64,000 bases of DNA from Squalus acanthias (taxonomy: Eukaryota), in contig CM059432.1 in the NCBI GenBank assembly GCA_030390025.1, positions 137,394,001 through 137,458,000 of the forward strand, in the 5' to 3' direction. The notes under the pieces were generated by a model. That model was given only the letters and a program-made list of their open reading frames with translations, was not told the DNA's origin and made no database searches. Each line of letters opens with the position of its first letter. Within the stretch, counting starts at the first letter, position 1. Below, in pieces: positions 48,102 to 61,205 of this stretch. Made by a program: the position numbers and the translations under genes.

Positions 48102-49644
48102 TTTAAACTGAATCTTTTGATGACCTTTTTCACAACTCATCTGCACTCTTGTCTTTCTGTCTCACTGCAGCTACCTGGAAATGTGATTGAGCTCCATGGC
48201 CTCGCCCCACCCAATCTCTGTAACCTCCTCCAGCCCTACAACCCTCCGAGATCTCTGCGCTCCTCCAATTCCGGCCTCTTGCGCATCCCCTATTTTCATC
48301 GCTCCACCATTGGCGGCCGTTTCATCAGCTGCCTAGGCCCTAAACTCTGGAATTCCCTCCCTAAACCTCTCCGCCTCTCCGCCTCTCTCTCTCTTTAAGA
48401 TGCTCCTTAACACCTACTTCTTTGACCAAGCTTTTGGTCACATTTCCTTATATCTCCTCATGTGGCTCGGTGTCTGTAAATTGGCTTGAGTCGTTTTACT
48501 ATGTTAAAGGTGCTATATTAATGCAAGTCGTTTTTGTTGTTTTTCTTTACAGACTGAGGCTTTTTGACTCCATAAAAATCCCAGTCTCTCTACATAATTT
48601 TAAGTTTTCAGCTTGGTCAATGTAACACTAACAAAAATTGCTTATTCATATTTATATAGTAATATATAGAGTTGGAACTGCATAATTATTTTTTAACAGA
48701 GGCCTCGTCTGCTCTTTGAGGTGGACATAAAGGATCCCACGGCACAATTTGGAAGAAGAGCTGGAGAGTTCTCCCCGGTGTCCTGGCCAGTATTTATTCC
48801 TCAACCAACATCACTAATAAGACAGATGATCTGGTCATTATCACATTGCTGTTTGTGGGAGCTTGCTGTGCGCAAATTGGCTGCAGTGTTTCCCACATTA
48901 CAACGGCGACTACACTTCAAAAAATACTTTATTGGCTGTGAAGCGCCATGGGACGTCCTGAGTTTCGTGAAAGGCGCTATAGAAATGCAAGATCTTTCCT
49001 TTCTGCTCACCCTCTTTCCTTTCTCCTCTGTTCTCTCTACGCACCAATTTTTTTCTTGCTCCCCAAAAAATCTGCAGGCCAGCAATGTACCCTGGGCTCA
49101 CTCTCCCCAGTAACCTCTGACCCACCAGAGAACACAGGGCTACGAGGAGATCATCTCATTTGTATCCCCCCCCCCGCAGGCAAACATGCCACTTGGGGTG
49201 CATCGAGTGCACCTCACAAAATCTTGGCACTAAGTTGGCACCTGGTGTAACCGAGTCCTGCCATAGTTACCAACCGTTCTGGCAGTTTCCCCGCCAGTGT
49301 TACAGTAGGAGTCCATCAGAACCGCAGCAAATCTTCAGACCCTCTCTATTTTTATTACTTTAACTTTGCTTTCAGCTCCTAGCAACTTAATAAAGCCAAT
49401 TCTAACACTAGATTACTTTTTTTCTTTAATTAAAAAACAGAAAGAATTTGCATCTATAGAGCACCTTTCACATCCTGAGCAGGGTTGGTGCTAGGATCTG
49501 TGCAATTGCACAGGGGCCCCAAGCCAGTCAGGGACCCTCCCCCCGCCCCCCCCCCCCCCCCCTCCCCTCCCAGAGAATCTAGTGAAAGGTCACCTAACAC
49601 AGTAACAGCTGTTAACTGATCCTTTTGTCCACTATTTTTACATT

Positions 49645-50411
49645 AGCCCTGAAATTCGCCTCTCCGGCTTGCCGCTGGGGTAAGGATCGTGCACGCACTT
49701 ACCTACCGCGCCTGCCGTTGACCTCTGGGCCCACGGGAACTTCAGCTCCTGGGCCTGCTCCAAGTGCCGGCGCGCAGTGCTTGCGTGTCCCAGGGGCGTA
49801 GTTAGTGCGATGCGTCCCCTGGGATCACGTGGGCCATGGAGAGCCAATGGCAGCAGACCATCTTTCATTCATAGATTTGACAGGAAGACCTGTCAAATCT
49901 ATGAATTGAAATCGGCCCCAAAAGAACAGCTAAACTTAAAATAATTTTTTAAAAAACCATCACATTTTTTAAATAACTATAAGTTAAATAAATAACTACT
50001 TTAAACAAAAATTTAAATTTTTGAAAAAATTTAAATGCTTTTTAACGGTGCTAAAAATAAACTTACTTTTCTTTAAAGTATCTAAAAAAGATAAAGCTGT
50101 TGAAAATTTTTTTACATTATAATTAATTAACCACTTACCTTGTTGAAAATGGGTCCTGCGCCTCCTTTTTAAAAGTGCAGCTTCTTCAATACTTACCCTC
50201 CCGTAGAAACCTGAAAAAAACCCTAAGTTTGCTGCGTGCGCGCAGCCTCTCCCGCGCACGCGGTTCACCTCTGAACCGCTCCCTTCACTAGACCTGGAAG
50301 TTCCAGTTTCCCTGCGCATGCGCAGTGCATGCAGGAAACTGACACTTCAGGACGGCCTTACGGGTGAGTACACAGCGCGTACTCACCCGGCAAGGGCCGA
50401 ATTTTTGGCCC
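49645..50411. mobile_element. Non-autonomous Harbinger-like element with internal palindromes; partial paralogues at ~24725-25255 and ~54846-55080
   Basis: Ends AGCCCTGAAATTCG / CGAATTTTTGGCCC; shares AGAGCCAATGGCAGCA, ACAGCTAAAC and repeated AAACTTAC motifs with 24725-25255. Confidence 0.6.
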
Positions 50412-51371
50412 ATTATCTAATGTAAACATGCCTCTTCATGATTCATTGGAGCAGTACTCTGGACGGGGTTTAAAACTGGCTGCCGATTCGCTATCGCCCA
50501 TTTTGTGTGACTGTCAAAGTCCAATTTCACCCTAATGAGTTGCTTTTGAAGTGTAGCCACTGCTGTTATGTAGGCAAACTCGGTAGCCACCTTGCATACG
50601 GCAAGGTCTCACAAACAGCAAATGAGAGAAGATGGCCGAATGAGATAAATGGCCACATATTCTGTTTTTTTGTATTTTCTCTGGTTCATTTCCTTAATTT
50701 TTTCAAGGCTTACTTTCCATTTTGGATATGGGTGCAATATTGATTGAAAACTGGCTCCAAAAGTCATTTCTTCAGCCAATGGAGTGTCAGACCTATAAAG
50801 ACTGATGCAATTGTATCATCGACAAAGCCAGGTCAACTTTTGTCAAGTTTTAAAGCTTCAAACTGATATTAGTTGCTGTAAGATGAGTTACGTGTACTTT
50901 CATGCCAGTAGCTCAGTTGTGATAACATATCCACAGTACAGGAAGGGTTAATTACTTGTCTAATGTGTGCTATAAACAGAATATATAAAGAAAGAACTTG
51001 CATTTCTATAGCGCCTTTCATGACCTCAGGATGACCCAAGGTGCTTTACGGTCAATGAAGTACTTTTTGAAAAAGATCAGAGTATTTTCTAAATGGTGAG
51101 AAGCTAGGTGCTGTGGAGGAGCAGAGAAATAGTGCCATGGGACTGAGGGGTTGGTCAGCGCCTCAGTTTAATGTCTCATCTGAAAGACGGCACCTCCAAC
51201 AGTACAGCACTCCCTCAGCACTGCACTGGACGTGTCAGCCTAGATTATGTGCTCAAGTCTCTGGAGTGGGGCTTGAAGCCACGATCTTCTGACTCAGGGG
51301 AAAAAGTGCTACCCACTGAGACACAGCTGACATTTGTGGTCTGATCAGGTTCCTTGGGAAATTAATTACAA

Positions 51372-52352
51372 GGTAAATTCACCAACCCCACATTCCCAGC
51401 AAGGTGCCAGAGTCAAGGGAGCAGGTGGGAGATAGGGCTACAACTCTGCAAGACCCATATTCTGACCTACGTTGCCTCCAAGCTTGGCTCCCAGCTAGAC
51501 ACATAGGCCGCAATTTTGCAAATGGATGCGGCTTGGGAGCAGGTCAGCTGGTTTGCGGATTCCAGTCCCGCCCCCAACTGCATCATGCCCACGGACGTGA
51601 TTTTACATCGATTGACCTGGTTAAGCCTGCCCTGCGGGCTTCCTGGACAATTAAAAGGAAGCCGGTCAGATGACGCGTCATCTGCCAGTTTACTTAAAGG
51701 GACCACGCACAATTTTTCTTTGACAGCTCATTTCTCAGTGTTTGACAGCATTGAGGTGCTGCAAACACTGACAATCACTGTACAAAGGTGAGCTCTTGCA
51801 CCCAGGCTCTCCAATGACTCCCTCCATAGGCTAGAACAGATGGCAGCTGCAGGTGAGGTTACAGAAGCGACCTGTCACTGGTGAGAGAGGTTCTCCCAAT
51901 GAGGTGGGACCAGACAGCCAATTCAAAACTTGTTACCTGCAGAAAAGTCTAAATACATTAAAAATGAATTTCCCAACATTTTCTTACCTCTGAAACTCAC
52001 CAGTGCACCATTGGATCCTTCACACCACTTCTGCAGCTGTCATCAATGCAGAAACATTACAGCAGACCCACAACACGCCACACTTACCTGGCGTGGTGTC
52101 CGGACGTCAGGGAACCCAAGGCAGAAGCGGCAAAATTGGAAAAAGAGCCTGTTAACAAGTATCAAGTACCTATTAACAGCCAGGTAAGTGGCTATAATCC
52201 TCTTCCCTGCTGCGCAAACTGGGGACCCGACACTTGGGAAGGTTAATTGGAGGCGGGTTGACAGCGGGTTTCCTACCCGCCGTCAATTTTTGCAATTTTG
52301 ACAGCAGTCCCGCCTCCAATCCTGCACTCCGAGGAACCGGCAAAATTCTGGC
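51372..52352. mobile_element. Degenerate non-autonomous Harbinger-like element
   Basis: Right end GGCAAAATTCTGGCC, CCCGCC/GGCGGG subterminal repeats, and similarity to the right part of 47284-48101 (CTGTTAACA...ATAATCCTCTT). Left boundary uncertain. Confidence 0.5.
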
Positions 52353-52379
52353 CATAGGATCAGTGCATCACTTTGAAAG

Positions 52380-52925
52380 AGATAGATCAGAGTATTTTCT
52401 AAATGGTGAGAAGCTAGGAACTGTGGCGGAGTGGAGAGATTTAGGGATCCAAGTACAGAAATCACTAAAAGCAAATGGATAGGTACAACAAATAATTAAA
52501 CAGCTAATGGAATGCTGGCTTTTATCTCAAGGGGGCTGGAATACAAAGGGGTGGAAGTTATGTTACAATTATATAAAGCTCTAGTTAGACCCCATTTAGA
52601 ATACTGCGTTCAGTTCTGGGCTCCACACCTCAGGGTGAAATAGATTGACCTTGGAGAGGGTGCAGCGCAGATTCACCGGAATAATACTGGGGCTAAAGGG
52701 GTTAAATTATGAGGACAGGTGCATAGACTAGGCTTGAGTATAGATGATTAAGGGGTGATCTAATTGTGCTGTTTACCACAATTAATGGATTTGATAGGGT
52801 AAACAGAGAGAAACTACTTCCTCTCGAACAAGGGGGCATAACCTTAAAATTAGAGCTAGACTTTTTCCAGAGGTGATGTCAGGAAGCACTTCTTCGCAAG
52901 GGCAGTGGAAATCTGGAACTCCTGT
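52380..52925 (+). mobile_element. Degraded CR1 3' fragment
   Basis: GTTAGACCCCATTTAGAATACTGCGTTCAGTTCTGG and TTGGAGAGGGTGCAGCGCAGATTCACC are CR1 ORF2 C-terminal motifs. Confidence 0.75.
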
Positions 52926-53299
52926 TCTTATTTACCCTGACATCCCATTCACACTGATATTATTCTGCGAGGTACTCGTGAATTATGAATCGTATCCTCT
53001 CGTGGGATGAGGAGGAGCAGAGAGACTCCACCCTCTTCAAAGGTCCGAGAACGTGCTCTTGAACACAAATAAACCAAGACCTGCAACACATTTGACGTGT
53101 TTTTAAGGCTTTATTTTTTACTGTGATGGATGAATGTAATGGATTTGCTATGTAATTGATGAGTTGTACAGGTATTATTGTTTTTGAATAAAAAATATTT
53201 GACGTGTTTTGGGCAGGATATTTTCCTGACATTGAAAGACTTGTTTTTCTGTTTGAAATGTAAATCGGTAAGGTGATGATAATGAATAAACAAAGCTGC

Positions 53300-53800
53300 T
53301 GTAAAATTCAGCACGGCGCTGCTCGAATCCTACGTTGCAAGTCCCTCTTAATAGAAAGTTGTTGCTACACGTTTGATTGGGAGCAGCGATGTAGCCAGGT
53401 CGCTCTTAGCTGCGTTCATTTGCTGATTGGCTCTACTGCATTGGTAATCTTCCCCCCCCACCCAGTCTTTACACAGTACAGTACCTTGATAGATAGATAG
53501 AGAGAGAGAGAGAGAGAAAACAGGAAGCGGTGCAGCATTATACTCACTCACACACAAGCAAATGAAACTAGCCTGACCGACTAAACTCTCATTCAACATT
53601 GCGATCCACGCTTACTAAGGAAATAACTACTGAAATTGACAAAAGACTCCTCCGGAGTGTTTAATGCATCGAATCGGAGCCCAGGAGAGTTCGGTACGTG
53701 TGAGTAAGGCAATAACCCATTCCAGTTAGTGATAACCTTGGATCTGTAATAAGAGGGGAGAGCAATTCCTGGCACATGAGAGAGGAAATCGGTTTGATTT
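53300..53800 (+). promoter_or_regulatory. Candidate promoter / first non-coding exon of an unidentified downstream gene
   Basis: Repeat-free, moderately CpG-containing; three reverse CCAAT boxes (53376, 53426, 53440), one a full NF-Y site CTGATTGGCT; donor-like GTGAGT at 53700. Strand assignment is tentative. Confidence 0.35.
53488..53517 (+). repeat. Compound (GATA)n(GA)n microsatellite; a (GT)n tract lies nearby at ~53894-53911
   Basis: Directly visible in the sequence. Confidence 0.85.
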
Positions 53801-56219
53801 TTTTTGTCTGTTAATATCTTAAGAGTTCCTCTATGTTGGGTTGCTAGTGCCTTGTTGCTCGACGCTTTTGTTTTTTGATCTGTGCGTGGGTTTTGTGTGT
53901 GTGTGTGTGTTATGAATCAGTAGAGTAAGCTGGAGAACATTGTGCAATATATAACACGCAACCATCTACATGCTCAATAAAAACAAGCTCCGATCCGACT
54001 GCAATTCCACCCCCCCCTACCGAGGAAAACTGGGACACAATAGTCTTCTCTAGCTTGAACTCTGCTAGAGGACGGTCCATGTGTGTTGTCTTTTTTTTAA
54101 AATACAATGTCAGTGTCACAGTCTTTTTTCGCATTTGGCTACAGTCGTATAACGCGCAAGTGCGATGCAGTTTCCGGTTAGTGATTATGGCGCTTCTCGT
54201 TTGTTGCATTTGAGTCAACCGTGGGCTTGTTTCCCCCCTTTTGTCTCTTGTCTCTTTTTCAAAGCCAGTCTGTGTACCTGTCCATTCTCGCTCGATGCCT
54301 TTCACCGCCCTGCTCCTCCCATGGATTTTCCAATACATTTTTGAATTGGTTGCACATTCTGATTTCTCTCTGAGTCATAAAAATGATACAGCACAGAAGG
54401 AGGTCATTCGGCCCATCGTGTCGTGCTGGCTCTTTGAAAGAGCTCTCCAATTAGTCACACCACACTGCTCTTTCACCCTAACCCTGCACATGTCTCCACT
54501 TCAAATATTTATCCAATTCCCTTTTGAAAGTTACTAGTGAATCTACTTCCACTTCCCTTTCCGGTGGTGCAATTTTCTGGTGTCGCCTCTGATTCTTTTG
54601 CTAATTACCTTTTTTTAAATCTGTGTCCTGGTTACTGACCCTTCTGCTAATGGAAAATCTTCCCCTCTAATCTAGCTGAAATTCCTTAACGATAACTTGA
54701 ACCCTAACAGAGAGCAAAGCACCATGTCTTGTGGTGACGAATGGGGTGGGGCCAAATTCTAGGAAGAGAAGAATTGTTATTGTATTTATTTGGTTGTATT
54801 TTTAAGAGTTTAGGTTTTGTGAAGCTATTGTCATTTTGAATATGTGGGGGCATATTTTTGCGGTCGGCGGCGTGTCTACGGAGTATGCCACCGGCATCCG
54901 AATAGAGAATGAACTTACCTGATGGGGACCCTCCTTCGTGAACTTGCTCTCTTAACGCTGCGTACTCAAGGGCAGCGTAATGGCCCACGGATCCCGGGGG
55001 CGCAGCGTGTGCGGAGGCGTACCCGGGATCACGTGGGCCTGGTGCTCCAATCAGTGGCAGCGCCGAGTTTCCTACTACGGTTCTTGTGATTAAAGAGCAG
55101 GTTATATTGATGGGCAGAGGAGTTAAGGGTATGCTGCTTTGCGTGTCTCAGTTTGGATGTATTTTCAGAATAATTGTAAGGAATAGGAGAACAAATAGTT
55201 CCAAAATGTACGTCGCTGCCTCGCTCTTGCACCCTGTCTCTCTGGGAATTAATTCTTAAATCTAATTTAGGAATTACAGTTCTGATAAATCCTTCAAGCT
55301 CTGTGAAATTTCATATAAAATACATCTATAAGAAATAGACGGTGGGGGTAAGTATTTTGCCTACTGGAAATTTTCTTTTGGAATTGTTGCCCTTGCTTAT
55401 CGAACGTTGCTGCTGCTGGCTTATTTCACCCCTCATATTGACCTACTTTCTCCTTGTGGGGATGTTGTTGAGTGGGTCTCCCGGAATGGGACTTCAGTCT
55501 ACTTTAATATTTCTGCAGTTGCAGGTGAAGCATGCACATCACGTGCTCAAATTTAGATATGGTTTGTAGGGAGGCTGTAGTCAAAGGGGAAGGAGGGTGT
55601 ACCATGTGCAGTTATTAGTGAGAGCTAAGCTAGTTTGCCTCCTTGAGGGAAGAACAGGCCTGGCTCTGCAGTGAAGAAGTCCTGTCCTGGTCCTCGTCTT
55701 TTCTTGACTGCCACCCAGAATGGCTCAAATGAAGGAACGTCATCAGAATATTTTTTTAAATGCTGCCCTTCTGGCCATAGCCTCTCCAGCAATCATCTGA
55801 TAAATGTTCAAATTCCTCACCTGGTCTCACCCCTTCCTTATCTCTGTAACCTCCTCCAGCCCTACAACCCTCCAAGAATTTTACATTACTCCAATTCTGG
55901 CCTCTTGTGCATCCCTGATTTCCTTTGCCCCACTATTGGCGGCCCTGCCTTCAGCTGTCTCGACCCTAAGCACTTGAATTCCCTCCCTAAAACTCTACCT
56001 CTCGCTCCTCCTTTTTAAGATGCTCCTTAAACCCTCCTCTTTGATCAAACCCTACCTCTTTGACCAAGCTTTTGGTCACCTGGCCTAATATCTCCTCGTG
56101 TGACTCGGTGTCAAATTTTGTTTGATTACGCTGCTTTGAAGCACGTTTTACTACATTAAAGGTACTTGCATAAACACAAGTTGTTGTAAATAATTTTGGG
56201 GAGTTGTATGGGGCGTGGT

Positions 56220-56567
56220 TAGGGTCGCCAACCCTCCAGGATTGTCCTGGACTCTCCAGGAATTAAAGATCAATCTCCTGGACTCTGCTTCCAGCAAACC
56301 TGGAGAAAAATTATTCGGGGCATTAAAATGTGTCTTTTTTCTTTCCCGTTCCTCTGATCACTTTTCATTTATTAGTTCTAACATTATTGGAGATGAGCGG
56401 GGTGGGGAAGGCTGTTTGACTGACAGTCAGGAAGCATCCAATGAGGTAAAGGAGAGTCAGTTTGCTTTCCAATTGGCGTGGGAAGGCGATGGGCCGCGAG
56501 GATGGATGTGTTGGCCCACCAATAGAGATGTCTCCAGGAATACGTCCAACCAGAGTTGGCAACCCTA
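56220..56567. mobile_element. hAT-like MITE (TAGGGTTGCCA ends); further copies at ~943-1290, ~3134-3508 and ~36490-36662 (partial, minus)
   Basis: TIRs TAGGGTCGCCAAC / GTTGGCAACCCTA; degenerate 8-bp flanks GGCGTGGT / GGCACGGA; internal CCTCCAGGATTGTCCTGGA motif shared by the copies. Confidence 0.7.
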
Positions 56568-59500
56568 GGCACGGAGACTAGCGACTATATAACCTTGCGC
56601 ATTTTGCCGCAGGTTGTGTTGCAGAGTGCTGCTTGCTCGGGGAGTGGTAAAAATGTTATGGGAAGAGGTCAACTCCTGTTGAACTCTGAATGTATTGCTG
56701 GCTCCAGGTGAAATTTATTGGTTAACTCATGGAGGGTTATATTGAGTTCTGGTACTTGAGTTAGCTAGATGTAATGACCGCGTTCTCACGAGTAGACTAA
56801 TAACATCATTTTAGTGGCTTGTCTGGTTAGATTTGGGGAATAATTGGGAGCTGTAATACATTTCAGGCTGTATCAGATAATTAGTTCTTGCTGAGTACCA
56901 AAGCCAACTCTCACTAGTGAGCCCTCATTCCCTACAACCAAAGTGTGACCTAGTAGGTGGCCGTCTTGGCTCAGTTGGCAGCACTCTCGCCTCTGAGTCA
57001 GAAGGTTGTGGGTTGAAGTCCGACTCCATGAACTGGAGCACAAATCCTAGGCTTACACTCCCGTGCAGTACTGAGGGAGTGCTGCACTGTCAGAGGTGCC
57101 AGCTTTCGGATGAGACGTTAAAACGAGACCCCTTCTGCCCCCTCAGGTGGACGTTAAAAGATCCCACGGCACTATTTTGAAGAAGACCAGGGAGTTCTCC
57201 CTGGGGTCCTGGCCAATATATATCTTTCAGCCAACATCGTTAAAGCAGATTGTCTGCTCATTATCACATTGCTGTCTGTGGGAGCTTGCTCTGCACAAAT
57301 TGGCTGCTGCGTTTCCTACATTTACAACAGTGACTACACTTCAAAAAGTACTTCATTGGCTGTAAAGTGCTTTTGGACGTTCTGAGGCCATGAAAGGCAT
57401 GATAGAAATGCAAGTTCTTTCTAATACTTGTGATATCTGGCAATGTAGCATTACCCATGATTGAACAGAAACCCCATGTTATCATATCACAAGACCTCGT
57501 AGTCTTCGGTATTGTGAAAGAATAATTAGGCTAAGTGGCTTAGGCTATGTTCTTTGAATCGAGTTTGTTAAAAAATAAATATTAAATAGCAAAAGATCAG
57601 GACAGCCGATTTCAGTTGAGTTACATCATGACACTTGCTGAATCCGATACAACACTCTTAAATCAGTTTTATAACAAATGTTTCTAATCTCTGGTAGACT
57701 TCAGAAGTAGTACATTTACTTAGTTTGGTTGTCAACAACATGAAGCAGTTACGTGAACTCAAATGTTCAGAGCATTTACTACTAGTCTCGATTTACTCAA
57801 CTGCTTGGTGAATAAAACATTAACAAGGAAGAAAGACTTGCATTTCTATAGTGCCTTTCATGACCTAGGGATGTCCCAAAGCACTTTACAGCCAGCCAGT
57901 CACTGTTGTAATGTAGGAAGTGTGGCAGCAATTAAATAAATGACCTGATCATCTGTTTTAAGTGTTAGTTGAGGGATAAATATTGGCAAGGGCAGAGGGA
58001 GCCTTGGTTTAACATCTCCTCTGAAAGACTGCGACTCCGACAGTGCAGCACTCCCTCCGCACTACACCTGGGAGTGTCGACCTAGATTTTGTGTTCGAGT
58101 CTCGGGGGCGGAGCTTGAACCCACGACCTTCTGATTCGGAGTCGAGAGTGCTAGACATTGAGCCACGGCTGACACCTTCTTATCATGTGAAATAACTGCT
58201 GTATATTATCTGAGGTCGGATAATATCCGTGTCCTCTTAGAATTTCAACTGGAGCAGAGGAAAAATATCTTTTCATAATTTAAGTTTTGAAGTCATCGGT
58301 AGGATTCAAAACACAGATTGCCCGCTGTCGTGGACTCTTGCCCCCAGTGTGCCAGCAACTCCCAGAGATTAGCTCCATCTCCTCCCTGGGAATAGATCTG
58401 TTTCGGGCACCTGCATGTGTGTGTGTACTGCAGGTATTTTGCCATTTGCTCACCATAGTGCGATGCAGATTGCCATCTACCTACCTGTCGCTCGCTTTAC
58501 CCCATCCTCTTGAATATAACAAGTCAGCAAAGACATGAAGTTCGCAATCATTATATTGATAGCGAATGAGCCCAGCGATGGCAGGAAGCTGAGTCGGATG
58601 ATTTGTATATTCCAATTAGCCAGGCTCTGCCCAGTCATCAGTAGGACATTAAGTGTCTAACACAATCCCATAAATATTAAAACTTTGAAAGACGACAGAA
58701 CTCCCAATCTTTGACAGTAGCATTAATCTTGTACATGGCTCTTTTTTTACTGCACATCGTACTTCTTGCACTTGTACAAGTGTTGTTGGTAGGGGATTGG
58801 ACTGTTGAAGAATTAGTAGAATGCTGGCGTGTGTGCATTATTTCTTGTCACCATAATTAAGTGTGGAGGCCCATGTACGGTTTCCTGTGATGCAAGTGGT
58901 TAGTGTTTATTCATACTCTTGAGTCACATTTACTTTCTGATCTGACATTTTAACCTTTCTTGAGGTGCCCAGCATGATGTACCTCCCCATTCAGGTGGAC
59001 TACATTCCTGCTGCGTTGACTGTACACTGTAATTAAACAGGGAGTTGGGCTACCTGCTCCAGCTGAAATGTTTATCAGCATAAGGCACTGATCAACTTGC
59101 ATGATAACATTATATTAAATAAAAAGGAAGAACATGCATTTCTATAGCACCTTTCACGACCTCCGGACTAACCAAAGCGCTTTACAGGCCAATGAAGTAC
59201 TTTTGAAGTGTAGTCACTGTTGTAATGCAGAAGCGTGGCAGCCATTTTGTGCAAAGCAAGCTCCCACAAACAGCAACGTGATAGCCAGATCATCTGGTTT
59301 TTCTAGTGATGTTGGTTTAGGGATAAATATTGACCAAGAAACCAGGGAGAACTCGTCGTTGGATCTTTTGCGTCCACCTGAGGGGGCAGACGGGGCCTCG
59401 GTTTAACGTCTCGTCCAAAAGACGGCACCTCCAACAGTGCATCGCCCCTTCTGCACTGAAGTGTCGGGCTAGATTGTGTGGTCAAGTCCTTCTGATTCAG

Positions 59501-60527
59501 ACGCAAGTGCTACTACATGGCTGGCACCCAACACTAATGGGGATATGGAGTTTAAACATCTAGTTGTACTGGTTCCTGTGCAGTTGGAATGCCACAACCT
59601 CCTTGGGTTAGACCCTCTCCATTGTCCGCAGCCATTGTCTTCGTTCCCTAGCCACCGACTCCATCCCTCTCCCTGGCAACTGTCTGAGTCTGAACCAGCC
59701 TGTTCGCAACTTTAGGTGTCACATTTGACCCCGAGATGAGTTTCCAACCACATATTTGTGCCATCACTGAGACGGCCTATTTGCACCTCCGTAACTGCCT
59801 GACTCTGCTCCTGTCTCCGCTCATCTGCAGCTGAAATCCTCAGCCATGCCTTTGTTACATCCTAGACTTGACTATTCCAAAGCACTTCTGGCCGGCCTCC
59901 CACATTCTACTCCCGCCCCCCCCCCCCCCCCCAACCCCCCGTGAACTTGAGGTCATCCAAAACTCTGCTGTCCGTGTCCTAACTTGCACCAATCCCGTTC
60001 ACCCATCACCCCTGTGCTCGCTGACATACGTTGGCTCACAGTTGAGCAACGCCTCTTTTTTTCGAGCTGCCAACTTGAATTCCTTGGTGGAAAATGAACT
60101 GGTTAAAAGTAGAAGTTATAAAATGAAGTGCATATTCTTACTCGGGAGCTTCCTGTATGGTATTGTAAATCGCTGGGAAGTGTTTTCTTGGAGAGGCCTA
60201 ATGGTGTGTTATAAGCCTGAGGCTCAATTTTGAGTACTTGGCTAGCGCTTGAATTATGGGGGTTGTGTATTTTCTGACCATTTTGGTAAATGGTTTCTTA
60301 CTGGCTTTGTTCGTGTCAGTAATGCAAATCTCTCCCTCCTTCAATTTTGCTCCGGAATTCAGGTTTAAAGGATCCTTTCCTTCTGCCTGTAAGGAACATT
60401 CCACAGATCGTGCAAGGGCTTGTTCTTTAAGCCCTATCCATTCCAGTCTGACGGTGGAGAAGCCAATTCTCTGTAAAATAAATTTTAAAACAGCATGAAT
60501 CCTGAGCTTGTGGACTATTGATGAAAA

Positions 60528-60996
60528 GAAGAAAGAAAGACTTGCATTTATATAGCGCCTTTCACAACCAACGGACGTCTCAAAGCGCTTTACAGCCAAT
60601 AGAGTACTTTTGAAGTGTAGTCACTGTTGTAATGTGGGAAACGCGGCAGCCAATTTGCGCACAGCAAGCTCCCACAAACAGCAATGTGATAATGACCAGA
60701 TAATCTGTTTTAGTGATGTTGGTTGAGGGATAAATATTGGCCAGGACACCGGGGATAACTCCCCTGCTCCTCTTCGAAATAGTGCCATGGAATCTTTTAC
60801 ATCCACCTGAGAGAGCAGACGGGGCCTCGGTTTAACGTCTCATCCGAAAGACGGCACCTCCGACAGTGCAGCACTCCCTCCGCACTGCACTGGAATGTCA
60901 GCCTAGCTTTATGTGCTCAAGTCCCGGAGTGGGACTTAAACCCACAAACTTCTGACCCCGAGGCGAGTGTGCTACCAACTGAGCCACAGCTGACAC
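60528..60996 (-). mobile_element. Full-length tRNA-derived DeuSINE (SacSINE1/AmnSINE1-like); many more copies, e.g. 21810-22225(+), 56957-57422(+), 57832-58175(-), 59125-59530(-), 14104-14478(+), 46020-46309(+)
   Basis: A/B-box head (TGGCTCAGTTGGTAGCAC; GTTTAAGTCCCAC), Deu domain GGAGGTGCCGTCTTTCGGATGAGACGTTAAACCGAGG, and tail GGCGCTATATAAATGCAAGTCTTTCTTT. Confidence 0.85.
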
Positions 60997-61205
60997 TGTG
61001 AGATAAATTATGCAAATTACCATGTACAAGAAGTTGTCTGTTGATTAAAATAGCCACGTGCTTTGTTTTTAAATAAACCTCTTCCTCCCACTACCCCAGT
61101 CACTATCCTTAAGGTAAAGCATGAACTCGTTTTGTCTGATGTACTTTAATGGAAAAAAACTTGGATGTCCATCATTGGTTGCAGGACGTTACAGGTGACA
61201 CATTA

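Larger units (their letters stand above)
44709..49090. repeat. Inverted duplication: 44709-45624 and 48175-49090 (916-bp arms, 2550-bp spacer)
   Basis: Arms are reverse complements with about 20 differences by eye; identical 67-aa peptides at 45173-45376(-) and 48422-48625(+); arms include non-TE sequence. Confidence 0.93.

Noticed and set aside
44709..49090. Inverted arms interpreted as long TIRs of a foldback or Polinton-type transposon
   Set aside because: No TSD, no coding capacity in the spacer, and the arms are a mosaic of host SINE, L2 and unique DNA.
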